A stretch of 23,860 nt of DNA from Candidatus Zixiibacteriota bacterium (lineage in GTDB: Bacteria > Zixibacteria > MSB-5A5 > CAIYYT01). How positions within the stretch are numbered: position 1 is the stretch's first letter; each line of letters opens with the position of its first letter. The position numbers and the translations under genes were made by a program. This document shows positions 15,860-23,860 of this stretch, piece after piece. Under the pieces are notes generated by a model. It had not been told where the DNA came from and did no database searches. It saw nothing but the letters and a program-made list of their open reading frames with translations. Where the stretch lies: assembly GCA_040235515.1 (NCBI GenBank), contig JBECKX010000120.1, positions 1-23,860 of the forward strand, read 5' to 3'.

Positions 15860-17389
15860 CTACCGCGCTACTGCCTGCGGTTTGACCTCCGGGAAAAACA
15901 TCCGGACAGAGGTTCCTTTCCCCTCCTGCGAACTCAATACGATTTGTCCGTGAAGCTGACGTAGAAGCGCCAGCGATGCTGACAATCCCTGACGCGACAC
16001 AGGCTTCACGTCTCCCATCGTGCCACCACCAGAAGAGAGTCTGTTGATGATTGAGCCGGCGCGAGTCTCGGAGTCGGAATAGGTCAGAACAACATGATCC
16101 CCTTCCGCGAGGTTCGCCGGTTGATCATCGCCATCAAGCCCGCGATCGAAACGGTTGACCGAAATCGTGATCGCTCCGCCCGAGGGCATGGTATCACGCG
16201 AGTTGATGGCCAGGTTGACCAACGCTTGTTCGATCAGGGAGGGTTCACATGCTATGAAAAGTTGCTCCGGCGGCAGCTTGAGCGTAAGGGTGATACTGCT
16301 GCCGATGATACTCTGCAGAGATCTCTTCACTACCTCTATTGTTTCATTGATCGAAACGGTCTGCACAGAGCCGGACCCCTCGGACGAATAGGACAGCAGC
16401 CTGTTCGTGAGGGCGGACGCACGCGTCGAGAGTTTGTTCATCGAATCAAGCTGGCAGCGCAACTCGGGGCTGAGCTCGGATTGACGCAGCGCCAATTCAG
16501 AGTTGCTGCGGATCGAGGCCAACAATTGATCGAATTCGGTCACGATGTCTGCCGAGAGGTGCCGGAGAGCTTCGCTCTTTTGCGTTTGGTGCAACTTCTC
16601 CTCGAGGTTCCTATGCGCCGTCACATCACGCAGGATTCCCTCGAGTGCCGCCACCTCACCGTCGTAACCGGTGATCGGCTTACCGTAGATTTCCGTGTGC
16701 AGAATTTCCCCGTCATTTCGTCTCATACGAATCGGTAGCCGGCAGTTAAACTTGCTCGAATCGAGGCTGAACAATGCTTTGAGCGTGTCGTTGTCATCCT
16801 CGTGGCACACCTTCAACCACAAGTCCGGGTCGGCGTAGTGATCATCCGGGGAGAGACCCAGCAGTTCCTTGCAGGAGGGACTAACGAACTGGAAACTCCT
16901 GACCGGCTCAAATCTAAACCGGAAAAGCAAATCCGGATTGAATCCACTCAGGCCCCTGAGCCCCTTCTCGATCAGCCAGAGGGATTTGGCGGCAGTCTCG
17001 CGATCCCGCTTGACGCGACGCTCATTTAGCTCCCGCGAGACAACACTATTGAGGAGATGTAGATTGTTCTTATGTACGAAGTCGTTGATCCCGCTTCGCA
17101 TCGCCTCCACCGCCAACTCTTCGCCGATATAGCCGCTCACGAGAATGAACGGAATATCCGGATATGCCTCCCGCGCCTGTTTGAGGGCATCGAGGCCCGT
17201 CATCTGCGGCAAGCCGTAGTCAGAAACGATGATGTCCCAGTCACGCTCCTGCAACGCTACCGAGAACTCGTCCGCCCGATCGGCGCGCCGAATCTTTAGT
17301 GTTGGCCGGTTTTTTCTGAGGGTTCGCTCAATCAGTGCCGCATCGTCGGGGTTGTCTTCTAATAGGAGTAAGTGCACGATCTCTGCCAT
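15860..17389 (-). CDS. REC-PAS protein with degenerate HisKA/HATPase domains (putative pseudo histidine kinase)
   Basis: Intact receiver (LLEDNPDD, IVSDYGLP, FVHK), a PAS domain (FVSPSCKELLG...HEDD...GILRDVT) and a kinase-like tail lacking the H-box His and G boxes. SD GGAGA before ATG 17389. Confidence 0.85.
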   Translation of the reverse strand: MAEIVHLLLLEDNPDDAALIERTLRKNRPTLKIRRADRADEFSVALQERDWDIIVSDYGLPQMTGLDALKQAREAYPDIPFILVSGYIGEELAVEAMRSGINDFVHKNNLHLLNSVVSRELNERRVKRDRETAAKSLWLIEKGLRGLSGFNPDLLFRFRFEPVRSFQFVSPSCKELLGLSPDDHYADPDLWLKVCHEDDNDTLKALFSLDSSKFNCRLPIRMRRNDGEILHTEIYGKPITGYDGEVAALEGILRDVTAHRNLEEKLHQTQKSEALRHLSADIVTEFDQLLASIRSNSELALRQSELSPELRCQLDSMNKLSTRASALTNRLLSYSSEGSGSVQTVSINETIEVVKRSLQSIIGSSITLTLKLPPEQLFIACEPSLIEQALVNLAINSRDTMPSGGAITISVNRFDRGLDGDDQPANLAEGDHVVLTYSDSETRAGSIINRLSSGGGTMGDVKPVSRQGLSASLALLRQLHGQIVLSSQEGKGTSVRMFFPEVKPQAVAR

Positions 17390-17853
17390 GATATTGTGTC
17401 TCCGAGTGGATAATTGGTCGATACTATGCTGCAGAGCGAACGAAGCTACGCGGGGATTCACAAGCTCCCGCCATACGCCTGTTATCTCTGCACCCTGCTA
17501 CCCTTTGTGATTTCCTCTCTCCATTATCGACCCAGATAGTACACTATTTAGGGATCAAACTGCGCTGAATTGGCACAGAGGGATACGACGGTGGAACGAA
17601 TGGTGCGGTGCCAGATAATCCTTTGTCAGAGAGTCGCTTGGGAAGCCAGGTGCGGGATTTTCGCGGAAGTATTGATATCACCAATCATGAAATCTTACCT
17701 CATTTCGGATTGCGGGATTCCGATCGTGCGATTCTCCGATCGAGCGAAACAGGGTCCAGCCGAAAATCCGCGTGGACAATTCAGAAAAATCTTGAGAACA
17801 GGGAACCAGATGATCGGAATTGCGATCTATAGAGTAGAAAGAGCTTACGCATG

Positions 17854-17891
17854 AGGGCACGAGTAACGCATGACTCGTGCCCTATTTTTTT
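17854..17891 (+). terminator. Intrinsic terminator oriented on the plus strand (the hairpin may also serve the convergent LytTR mRNA)
   Basis: 11-bp stem AGGGCACGAGT-aacgcatg-ACTCGTGCCCT followed by ATTTTTTT. Confidence 0.7.
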
Positions 17892-17922
17892 GGAAAAATC
17901 GAGATAGTAAGTTTCCCGGCCG

Positions 17923-18744
17923 TTAGCGATTGCCCGCGAGCAATTCGCGCAGTTGCTGACAGCGCGCACGCGCAACCCGGTGCGAAGTGCCATCGTGAAG
18001 ATGCGCGTGGTAGTTCCCGGACGGCTCAACGCTGAATCGCCTGATCGCCTTGAGGTTTACGATGCGCGTGCGGTGGATTCGGAGAAAGTGGGCGGGATCG
18101 AGTTTTTGCTCCAGCGCCGAAAGCTTCTCATGCAGCACGAAGGACTTGCCCTTCGAATGTATCTCCACAAAATGATCCAGCGAGCCGATCCAGTCGATCT
18201 CTTCAGCTTCGATCGTGACCGACTTGCGTCGATTCCTGACAAAAATCCGTTGCAGGTACTCCGATTGCGCCAGCGGAGTTGCCTTGTCATTCCTGCGATC
18301 CCAATGCTGTAAGAGGCCGCGCAGATTCTCAGTCACGGCGGGTTGAGGCCTGGCGAGGAGTTCTCGCGCTCTCTGCATTGCCTCGGTAAAACGCTGTCTC
18401 CTGATCGGCTTGAGCAGATAATCAAGCGCGCGGACTTCGAAGGCACGGACGGCATACTGATCATACGCCGTCACGAATATCACCACCGGCGGCGCCTCCT
18501 TATCGAGTTGTTCCAGAACGCCGAAGCCGTCGAGTTGCGGCATCCTGATATCAAGGAAGATCAGGTCAGGCTTATGCTTCTCGATGTCTGCGAGCGCCTG
18601 TTTGCCATTGCTGCATTCCCCGACGACGACTACATCCTCATGTTCGGCCAGCAACGCCCCCACCAACTCGCGCGCGGGCCGCTCATCATCGATGATTAGC
18701 ACGCGAATGGCGTTCCGGTTGGAGTTGTCGGCTTGACGATTCAC
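17923..18744 (-). CDS. LytTR-family DNA-binding response regulator
   Basis: Receiver IIDDERPAR...FLDIRMP...FVTAYDQYAVRAFE...DYLLKP, and a LytTR domain FLRIHRTRIVNL. Confidence 0.93.
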   Translation of the reverse strand: MNRQADNSNRNAIRVLIIDDERPARELVGALLAEHEDVVVVGECSNGKQALADIEKHKPDLIFLDIRMPQLDGFGVLEQLDKEAPPVVIFVTAYDQYAVRAFEVRALDYLLKPIRRQRFTEAMQRARELLARPQPAVTENLRGLLQHWDRRNDKATPLAQSEYLQRIFVRNRRKSVTIEAEEIDWIGSLDHFVEIHSKGKSFVLHEKLSALEQKLDPAHFLRIHRTRIVNLKAIRRFSVEPSGNYHAHLHDGTSHRVARARCQQLRELLAGNR

Positions 18745-18756
18745 TGCGAGCTACCC

Positions 18757-19929
18757 TCAATCTTTCTGCAAAACGTCAATCTGTTCTCTGGCAGAAAATC
18801 GGAGCGGCACTTCCAGCTCAACCCGAAAGGTACCCCCGTCATTGGCGTGCTGGAAGAGAAAATCGTCGCCATAAAGATGCTGGAGCGTTTCACGAACTTG
18901 CCTGAGCCCCAGCCCGGCGCCACTCGAGTCGTCCGCAGTATCAGAAAATGCATTGCTGATCCTTATAGCGAGGCGGTCTCCACTCGCCACACCCGCCGAC
19001 ACCGCTATCGAGCCGCCGCCATCCTCTCGCGCCGCGCCGTGCGTGACACAATTCTCCACCAACGGTTGCAGCAGCAGGCAGGGCACGACGCACTCCAGCG
19101 CTTCATCCTGAATCTGCCATTCAACTGGGAGATTGTCGGGAAACCTGGCCGCCAGCAGCTCCAGATAGAGCCGGCTGAATTCTATCTCCTCCTTTAATGT
19201 GGTCCACTGCCGGTCAGAGCGCTCCAGACTGATTCGCAGCAGCTCCGATAAACTGGTCAGAGTATCGTAGGCGAGGAGCTTCTTATCCTTCAGGATCATC
19301 GACGAAATTGTGTTGAGTGCATTGAAGAGGAAATGGGGATGGAGCTGGTCGCGCAGTCGGTCGAGCCTCGCCTGGGCCAGTCGTGACTCAAGCCGAGTCG
19401 CCAGCAACGCACGTTCATGATAGCGTCGGTAAAATCCGAGGGCATGTTCCAGTCCGACCAGCGCCCAGAAGGCAAGGTAATAGTAGGTGGAATGGCGCGA
19501 GATGACAAAATCGAACATCGGTTTGAACTGCCAGATATCTTGCATCTCCGGAATATTGAGAATGACCAACTTTGAGTAGGCCATCAAGTAAAGCAGCGTT
19601 ACCGGAAAGCTGATGAGAAGGAGCCACAGTGCATTTAACCATGAATGCTCCCTCTCAATGCGAAAGCGCCCCGCGATCCAGAGGATCAGTGGTGTAAGTG
19701 CGCCCCACACCATCCATACCAGCAGCTTCGCCCTGAGCAGCTCCCACCAGGTGTATGGGTATTCCCCCATCGGATAGTAGCGCCAGTGAAGGGTGGATAC
19801 CAGCGCGACAAGACTCCAGAATGCGAGTGCTACTCCCCAGCGGACCCACCGGTTGGGCAGCAGTTCATTCACCATTTGAAGAGTGTCGGATCGAGAGGCG
19901 CGTGCTGCTGAATATTGGACTTCGTTCAT
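18757..19929 (-). CDS. LytS/YehU-family membrane sensor histidine kinase
   Basis: About four TM helices, H-box QLHPHFLFNALNTI, TLKEEI, LQPLVENCVTHG and GAGLGL. Ends 12 nt upstream of the LytTR gene. Confidence 0.92.
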   Translation of the reverse strand: MNEVQYSAARASRSDTLQMVNELLPNRWVRWGVALAFWSLVALVSTLHWRYYPMGEYPYTWWELLRAKLLVWMVWGALTPLILWIAGRFRIEREHSWLNALWLLLISFPVTLLYLMAYSKLVILNIPEMQDIWQFKPMFDFVISRHSTYYYLAFWALVGLEHALGFYRRYHERALLATRLESRLAQARLDRLRDQLHPHFLFNALNTISSMILKDKKLLAYDTLTSLSELLRISLERSDRQWTTLKEEIEFSRLYLELLAARFPDNLPVEWQIQDEALECVVPCLLLQPLVENCVTHGAAREDGGGSIAVSAGVASGDRLAIRISNAFSDTADDSSGAGLGLRQVRETLQHLYGDDFLFQHANDGGTFRVELEVPLRFSAREQIDVLQKD

Positions 19930-20013
19930 CTCAATATAAGTATCGCCAATTCAGGAGGGGTCGTCATTAGATTTCTCGGCAGAGAGATGAGCCTCGGCGC
20001 CGCGCAAATGGAC

Positions 20014-20055
20014 GCGCCGGGTCCGACGCTGTTAACAGATGTCGGAATCCGGCGC
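20014..20055. other. Intergenic stem-loop between the FG-GAP gene and the sensor kinase
   Basis: GCGCCGG-g-TCCGAC...GTCGGA-at-CCGGCGC with an inner CTGT/ACAG pairing; no U-tract. Confidence 0.45.
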
Positions 20056-20097
20056 ACCACAACCAAGTGTGCATTGACTGAACGTACTTGGTACTGC

Positions 20098-22140
20098 TTA
20101 GGGACAGGTTGAACAGGGGGCGGCCCCGCCACCGAAGATGAAATTGATGATAAACACTGCGTCGCCGATCGAAACCGCGCCGCTGCAATCGGCATCGGCT
20201 GCCTCGACCGGGTCGGGAGCGGGTCCACCGCCAAAAATGTAATTGATGATGTAAACTGCATCACCGATGCTGATCGTGCCACCACCGTCGGCATCACCGC
20301 AAATGTAGTCGCAGAGATCTCCGACACCGTTTGAGTTGCTGTCGAGTTGATCCGGGTTCGCCGTCTCGGGACAGTTGTCACAGATATCCCCAACACCATC
20401 GCCGTCGAGATCGGCTTGATCGGAGTTTGCGATCATCATGCAATTGTCGCAGGCATCGCCAACACCGTCACCATCCTGGTCGGATTGATCATAGTTCGCC
20501 GCGTCAATGCAGTTATCGCAGGCATCCCCGATGCGATCAGCGTCGCTGTCATCCTGTCCTGCGTTACCGATATTCGGGCAGTTGTCGCGACAGCCGACTC
20601 CGTCGCCATCGGCATCGGCGCACTGTTCAAAGATCGTGATGTACTGATTGATTGCTACACCGGCAGTGTCAAAGCTGCCCCCACCCGGCCATTCCACACG
20701 CAATGAATCAATGATTGAGGCATCACCGAGACCGAAATGAACATCCAGCATATTGTGACCCAGGAATGTGTTTTGCGTGGACACTTCCCGGTGTTGCTTG
20801 ACATCAGTGCCGTTGATGTTTGCCCGGAGAAAAACTTTCGCGCCAACTGCAGACCAGTTCGACAGACCACCTTCCAGTTTGATGCGAATCCAGCCGTTGC
20901 CGTTGTTGGTATCGTTGCGCAGCAACATGCGCTTGCCTGCGCCTGAAGCCACAGCGAACAAATCCAGATCACCGTCGTTGTCGTAGTCGCCCGCCGAAGC
21001 GCCGGTTGAGCCCTCGGAGGTGCCGAGCTGATCCCCCGTAGTGATTTGAGTGAAGGTGCCATCTCCGTTGTTCTGATAGTAACGGTTGATGTTTCCGACG
21101 TTGGCGATGTACACGTCGAGGTCACCATCGTTATCGAAGTCGCCCCACACATTGGAGAGCGATACATCGTTGACTGAGCTCCAGGGGTCAAACAGGTCCT
21201 CGCTGTAAACTCCGGCGTTATTACGATAGAGGTCGTTCGTTCGGAAGAAACTGGATAAACCCCAATTCGTGCGAAAACCGTCCAGATCGCCGTCATTGTC
21301 GAAATCAATCCAGTTCCAGACCTGGCCGTCCGCTTGATCGGTGGCCAGCGGGGCGGTCGTGATTCGTTCAAAACCGGGTACCCCCTGCTCGACGAGCAGG
21401 TTTCGGAAAAGATCATCCACCCCGGAGGCTGCGGACGCCGGCCCTGAGCCGAAGAAGAGGTCGAGGTCGCCGTCGAGGTCGTAATCGGCCCAGTTGCCGC
21501 TGGTGAATGGTTTTAAATCGGCGACAACTGCGCCGGTATCGATGCGTGTGAAGGTGAAGTCGGGCGGACCATCATTCCTCAGAAACAGGTTCGAGCGTTG
21601 AACTCCCCCGACGAATCCCGTCGGAAACGAAATCACCATGTCGACATCGCCATCGTTGTCGTAGTCCCCCCACGCCGGACTCCAACCGCGGGTGTCCGTT
21701 GTTCCCAGATGGCTTTGCGGCAGTTCGGTGAAGGTTCCGTCGCCATTGTTGGCAAATAGCTTGGAAGTGTTGGTGGCGGCGAGCATGCAATCGAGGTCAC
21801 CGTCGTTGTCGAAGTCAGCCCAGGAAGTGCCAAGGAATGCCCCTGTGGCGGCACTCAGTGCGTTGCCGACGACAAACGAAAAATTGCCTCCCCCCTCATT
21901 GTGGTAGAGATCAACATTGTTGGGATCGGTGATACAAAGGTCCAGCAGACCGTCAGCATCATAGTCGACCCAGGCACAACCGGTGTAGTTGGTATTGTTG
22001 ACATCGGTCACAATCGGGTTGCCGGCGTCGGTGATGCGTGTAAAGGTCACCTGCGCCTGGATTGGTGTGGCCACCAGGCTGAGCAGCAGACTGCATAGCG
22101 CCAGCAGATGAGTACGTTGGACTCCTTGCCTCTTATTCAT
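20098..22140 (-). CDS. Secreted CRTAC1-like protein: FG-GAP/VCBS repeats, ASPIC/UnbV domain, TSP3 repeats and C-terminal dockerin
   Basis: Signal peptide, about seven xDxDNDGDLD repeats, ASPIC-like SAVGAKV...VHFGLG...VEWPGG, [14 protein letters not shown] repeats and a duplicated GDAD...ISIGDAV dockerin. SD GGAGA. Confidence 0.88.
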   Translation of the reverse strand: MNKRQGVQRTHLLALCSLLLSLVATPIQAQVTFTRITDAGNPIVTDVNNTNYTGCAWVDYDADGLLDLCITDPNNVDLYHNEGGGNFSFVVGNALSAATGAFLGTSWADFDNDGDLDCMLAATNTSKLFANNGDGTFTELPQSHLGTTDTRGWSPAWGDYDNDGDVDMVISFPTGFVGGVQRSNLFLRNDGPPDFTFTRIDTGAVVADLKPFTSGNWADYDLDGDLDLFFGSGPASAASGVDDLFRNLLVEQGVPGFERITTAPLATDQADGQVWNWIDFDNDGDLDGFRTNWGLSSFFRTNDLYRNNAGVYSEDLFDPWSSVNDVSLSNVWGDFDNDGDLDVYIANVGNINRYYQNNGDGTFTQITTGDQLGTSEGSTGASAGDYDNDGDLDLFAVASGAGKRMLLRNDTNNGNGWIRIKLEGGLSNWSAVGAKVFLRANINGTDVKQHREVSTQNTFLGHNMLDVHFGLGDASIIDSLRVEWPGGGSFDTAGVAINQYITIFEQCADADGDGVGCRDNCPNIGNAGQDDSDADRIGDACDNCIDAANYDQSDQDGDGVGDACDNCMMIANSDQADLDGDGVGDICDNCPETANPDQLDSNSNGVGDLCDYICGDADGGGTISIGDAVYIINYIFGGGPAPDPVEAADADCSGAVSIGDAVFIINFIFGGGAAPCSTCP

Positions 22141-22431
22141 GGTGTTTCTCCGATTTCGGACGAGTGGTTCAGGATTGCTTCATTCTTACCGGGGACTTCC
22201 CGGAGTACTTGCAGGGATCGAGATTCTCAGGCTACGCACCGGTCAACGCCGTGCTGAAGTCTTGCAGTACCTGAGTTGACAACGGGGAGATAGTCGATTC
22301 GCTCACTCGAACTTCGCGAAGCGACGGAATCGCTTCGTCGATGGCGTAAATTATTGCGAGAAAGATAGCTGCTAGTGGCCGGCGGTCTGATGGTGGGGAC
22401 ACTCAAGCTGGAATAAACTGGAGAAATTCAA

Positions 22432-22461
22432 TTGCGACAACAGGGCTCTTTTTACTATAAT
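22432..22461 (+). promoter_or_regulatory. sigma70-type promoter of the ferritin-like gene
   Basis: TTGCGA (22432-22437), 18-nt spacer, TATAAT (22456-22461). Confidence 0.55.
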
Positions 22462-22508
22462 AGCCGGAGACATAATAGTCGGAGGTCCCCGACTCATTGG
22501 AGGATTTC

Positions 22509-23021
22509 ATGGACACCGATACTGGAACACTGAAAGACGGGCTACGAAGGGCTGCAATGGCCGAATTGGAAGGTCACAACTTCTATATGATGGCTTCGGT
22601 AACCACTCGGGATGCCAAAGGCAAAGAAATCTTCGAACAGCTTGCCCGCGAAGAGATGGATCACTTCAATTTCCTCAAAGCTCACTATGATTCGGTCGTC
22701 AAGACCGGAAATCTCAGCGATGACGCCCAACTTGGCGCGCGTGGAGCTTTTGATGGTGCGTGGCCGATTTTCTCGCGCGAGCTGAAGAATCGAGCCGGCG
22801 AAGCGCATTATGAGATGACGGCCCTTTCGGTCGGGATACAGCTCGAACATGACGCCATGCTTTTCTACCAGCAACATGCGGAAAAGCTCGATGAACCGGC
22901 GGCGAAGAAGCTATTCAACGACCTGTCGGCCTGGGAACAGGGGCATTATCACGCTCTCCTGCGGCAGCAGGAAAGCCTTAAGCACCAATATTGGGAGAGC
23001 GCCGGTTTCGAGCCGTTCTAG
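22509..23021 (+). CDS. Ferritin-like / rubrerythrin-family diiron protein without a rubredoxin domain
   Basis: Duplicated E...FY...ExxH pattern: AELEGHNFY...EEMDH and LEHDAMLFY...WEQGH. SD GGAGG (22499-22503). Confidence 0.85.
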   Translation: MDTDTGTLKDGLRRAAMAELEGHNFYMMASVTTRDAKGKEIFEQLAREEMDHFNFLKAHYDSVVKTGNLSDDAQLGARGAFDGAWPIFSRELKNRAGEAHYEMTALSVGIQLEHDAMLFYQQHAEKLDEPAAKKLFNDLSAWEQGHYHALLRQQESLKHQYWESAGFEPF

Positions 23022-23454
23022 CGGTCGCTTCCGGTTGAGTTGATTGCCCGGGCGGAAGTCCAACCGGGCAGAAATCTGATTGGCTCATTATAATCCATTA
23101 GTAGGCCGTTGCAGAGTCGGTCTAGAGCCGACCTCTGGTGATAATGACCACTAAGTGCTTGTAATATAAGGGGATAACGGGTGATGGCTCTCGTGGCTCG
23201 TGGCAGTTGCCTTGCGCTCAACCGGAGCGATAATCTCTCGTTTGGAACTTGCCCCGCCCCAATCCGTTAAACACAACAGAGGAAATTCTAGTAGCGTAAT
23301 CGATTGAATCGACCGATCTTGTCGATACTTTGAATGCGCTTTGAATGCTATCGAACCCCGGCGCAACTTCCACACGCCGGCGGCTAGAACCTCATGAAAA
23401 TATTCCGTTCGCGAATCGCTGCAGATTCGTGATTGAGGAGAAGTGAGTACGAAT

Positions 23455-23860
23455 ATGAACAGTGATAGAATAGTTATAGTCGGCGCCGGATTGACCGGCC
23501 TTTCAGCCGCACGAGCCCTCAGAGATGGCAACCGCGAGGTCCTGCTGATCGATAAGGGTAAGAGCGTCGGCGGACGAATGGCAACGCTACGGCTCGGAAA
23601 AGGACAGGCGGATCATGGCGCTCAATCCTTTACGGCCAAGAATAACCTCTTCGTCGCGCTGAAGAATGAGTTGCTCAACTCAGGCACCATCCGCGAATGG
23701 TATCGCGGTCTCCCCGCACCGCATGAAGTCGCCAATGCCGGGCTCTACCCGCGTTATTGCGGCAGCAAATCAATGAACGACATCGCGGAGCATCTCGCCG
23801 AGGGGCTGGAAGTGATCAGCGATGCTGAGGTGAAAGCTGTCAAACAGGCTGGTTTCGGTT
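23455..23860 (+). CDS. FAD-dependent oxidoreductase, renalase-like (3' end beyond the window)
   Basis: Manual translation gives MNSDRIVIVGAGLTGLSAARAL...IDKGKSVGGRMAT...DHGAQSFT..., i.e. Rossmann GxGxxG plus GGRMAT/DHGAQ motifs. SD GAGGAG (23435-23440); an in-frame GTG lies at 23443. Confidence 0.85.
   Translation, partial: MNSDRIVIVGAGLTGLSAARALRDGNREVLLIDKGKSVGGRMATLRLGKGQADHGAQSFTAKNNLFVALKNELLNSGTIREWYRGLPAPHEVANAGLYPRYCGSKSMNDIAEHLAEGLEVISDAEVKAVKQAGFG

Noticed and set aside
15701..15964. 87-aa ORF MAEGGGLLNRYTG...
   Set aside because: It overlaps tRNA-Ser and is a typical spurious translation of a tRNA gene.
17571..17586. sigma54 promoter (TGGCAC)
   Set aside because: It lacks the TTGC element at the -12 position.
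19926..20399. 157-aa minus-strand ORF bridging the FG-GAP gene and the kinase
   Set aside because: It is an alternative frame overlapping the dockerin-coding region, with low-complexity composition and no domain signal.
23018..23531. Minus-strand ORFs 23018-23221 and 23151-23531
   Set aside because: They have no recognisable motifs or SD, and the longer one overlaps the start of the FAD oxidoreductase on the opposite strand.
15687..23860. Genomic island or prophage integrated at tRNA-Ser
   Set aside because: There is no integrase, no visible duplicate of the tRNA 3' end and no phage or mobility genes downstream.

Overview
A chromosomal bacterial window with no mobile element, CRISPR array or rRNA. 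The style of the C-terminal dockerin-like domains, the TSP3 repeats and the large multiheme cytochromes suggests candidate phylum Zixibacteria or a related FCB-group lineage (inference). It holds about 17 CDSs and one tRNA-Ser(GCT). The most notable locus is a TetR-led operon (10027-15417) with two tandem CbcL-like fusions of a multiheme cytochrome c (17 and 11 CxxCH motifs) to a membrane di-heme cytochrome b. Its promoter carries a palindromic TetR-type operator over the -10 and a Rex-like box upstream. Other notable items are a REC-PAS protein with a degenerate kinase core (pseudokinase), two otherwise unrelated secreted proteins sharing a near-identical C-terminal dockerin tag, an rrn-like boxB/boxA leader before a lone tRNA, and a probably leaderless trmB. 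Two intergenic regions may hide unannotated small RNAs or peptides. The remaining genes are an M14 peptidase, a metallophosphoesterase, a tetraheme cytochrome c, an OmpA with TSP3 repeats, a DUF427 protein, a LytS/LytTR pair, a ferritin-like protein and a partial FAD oxidoreductase. All calls come from manual motif reading; no database searches were run.
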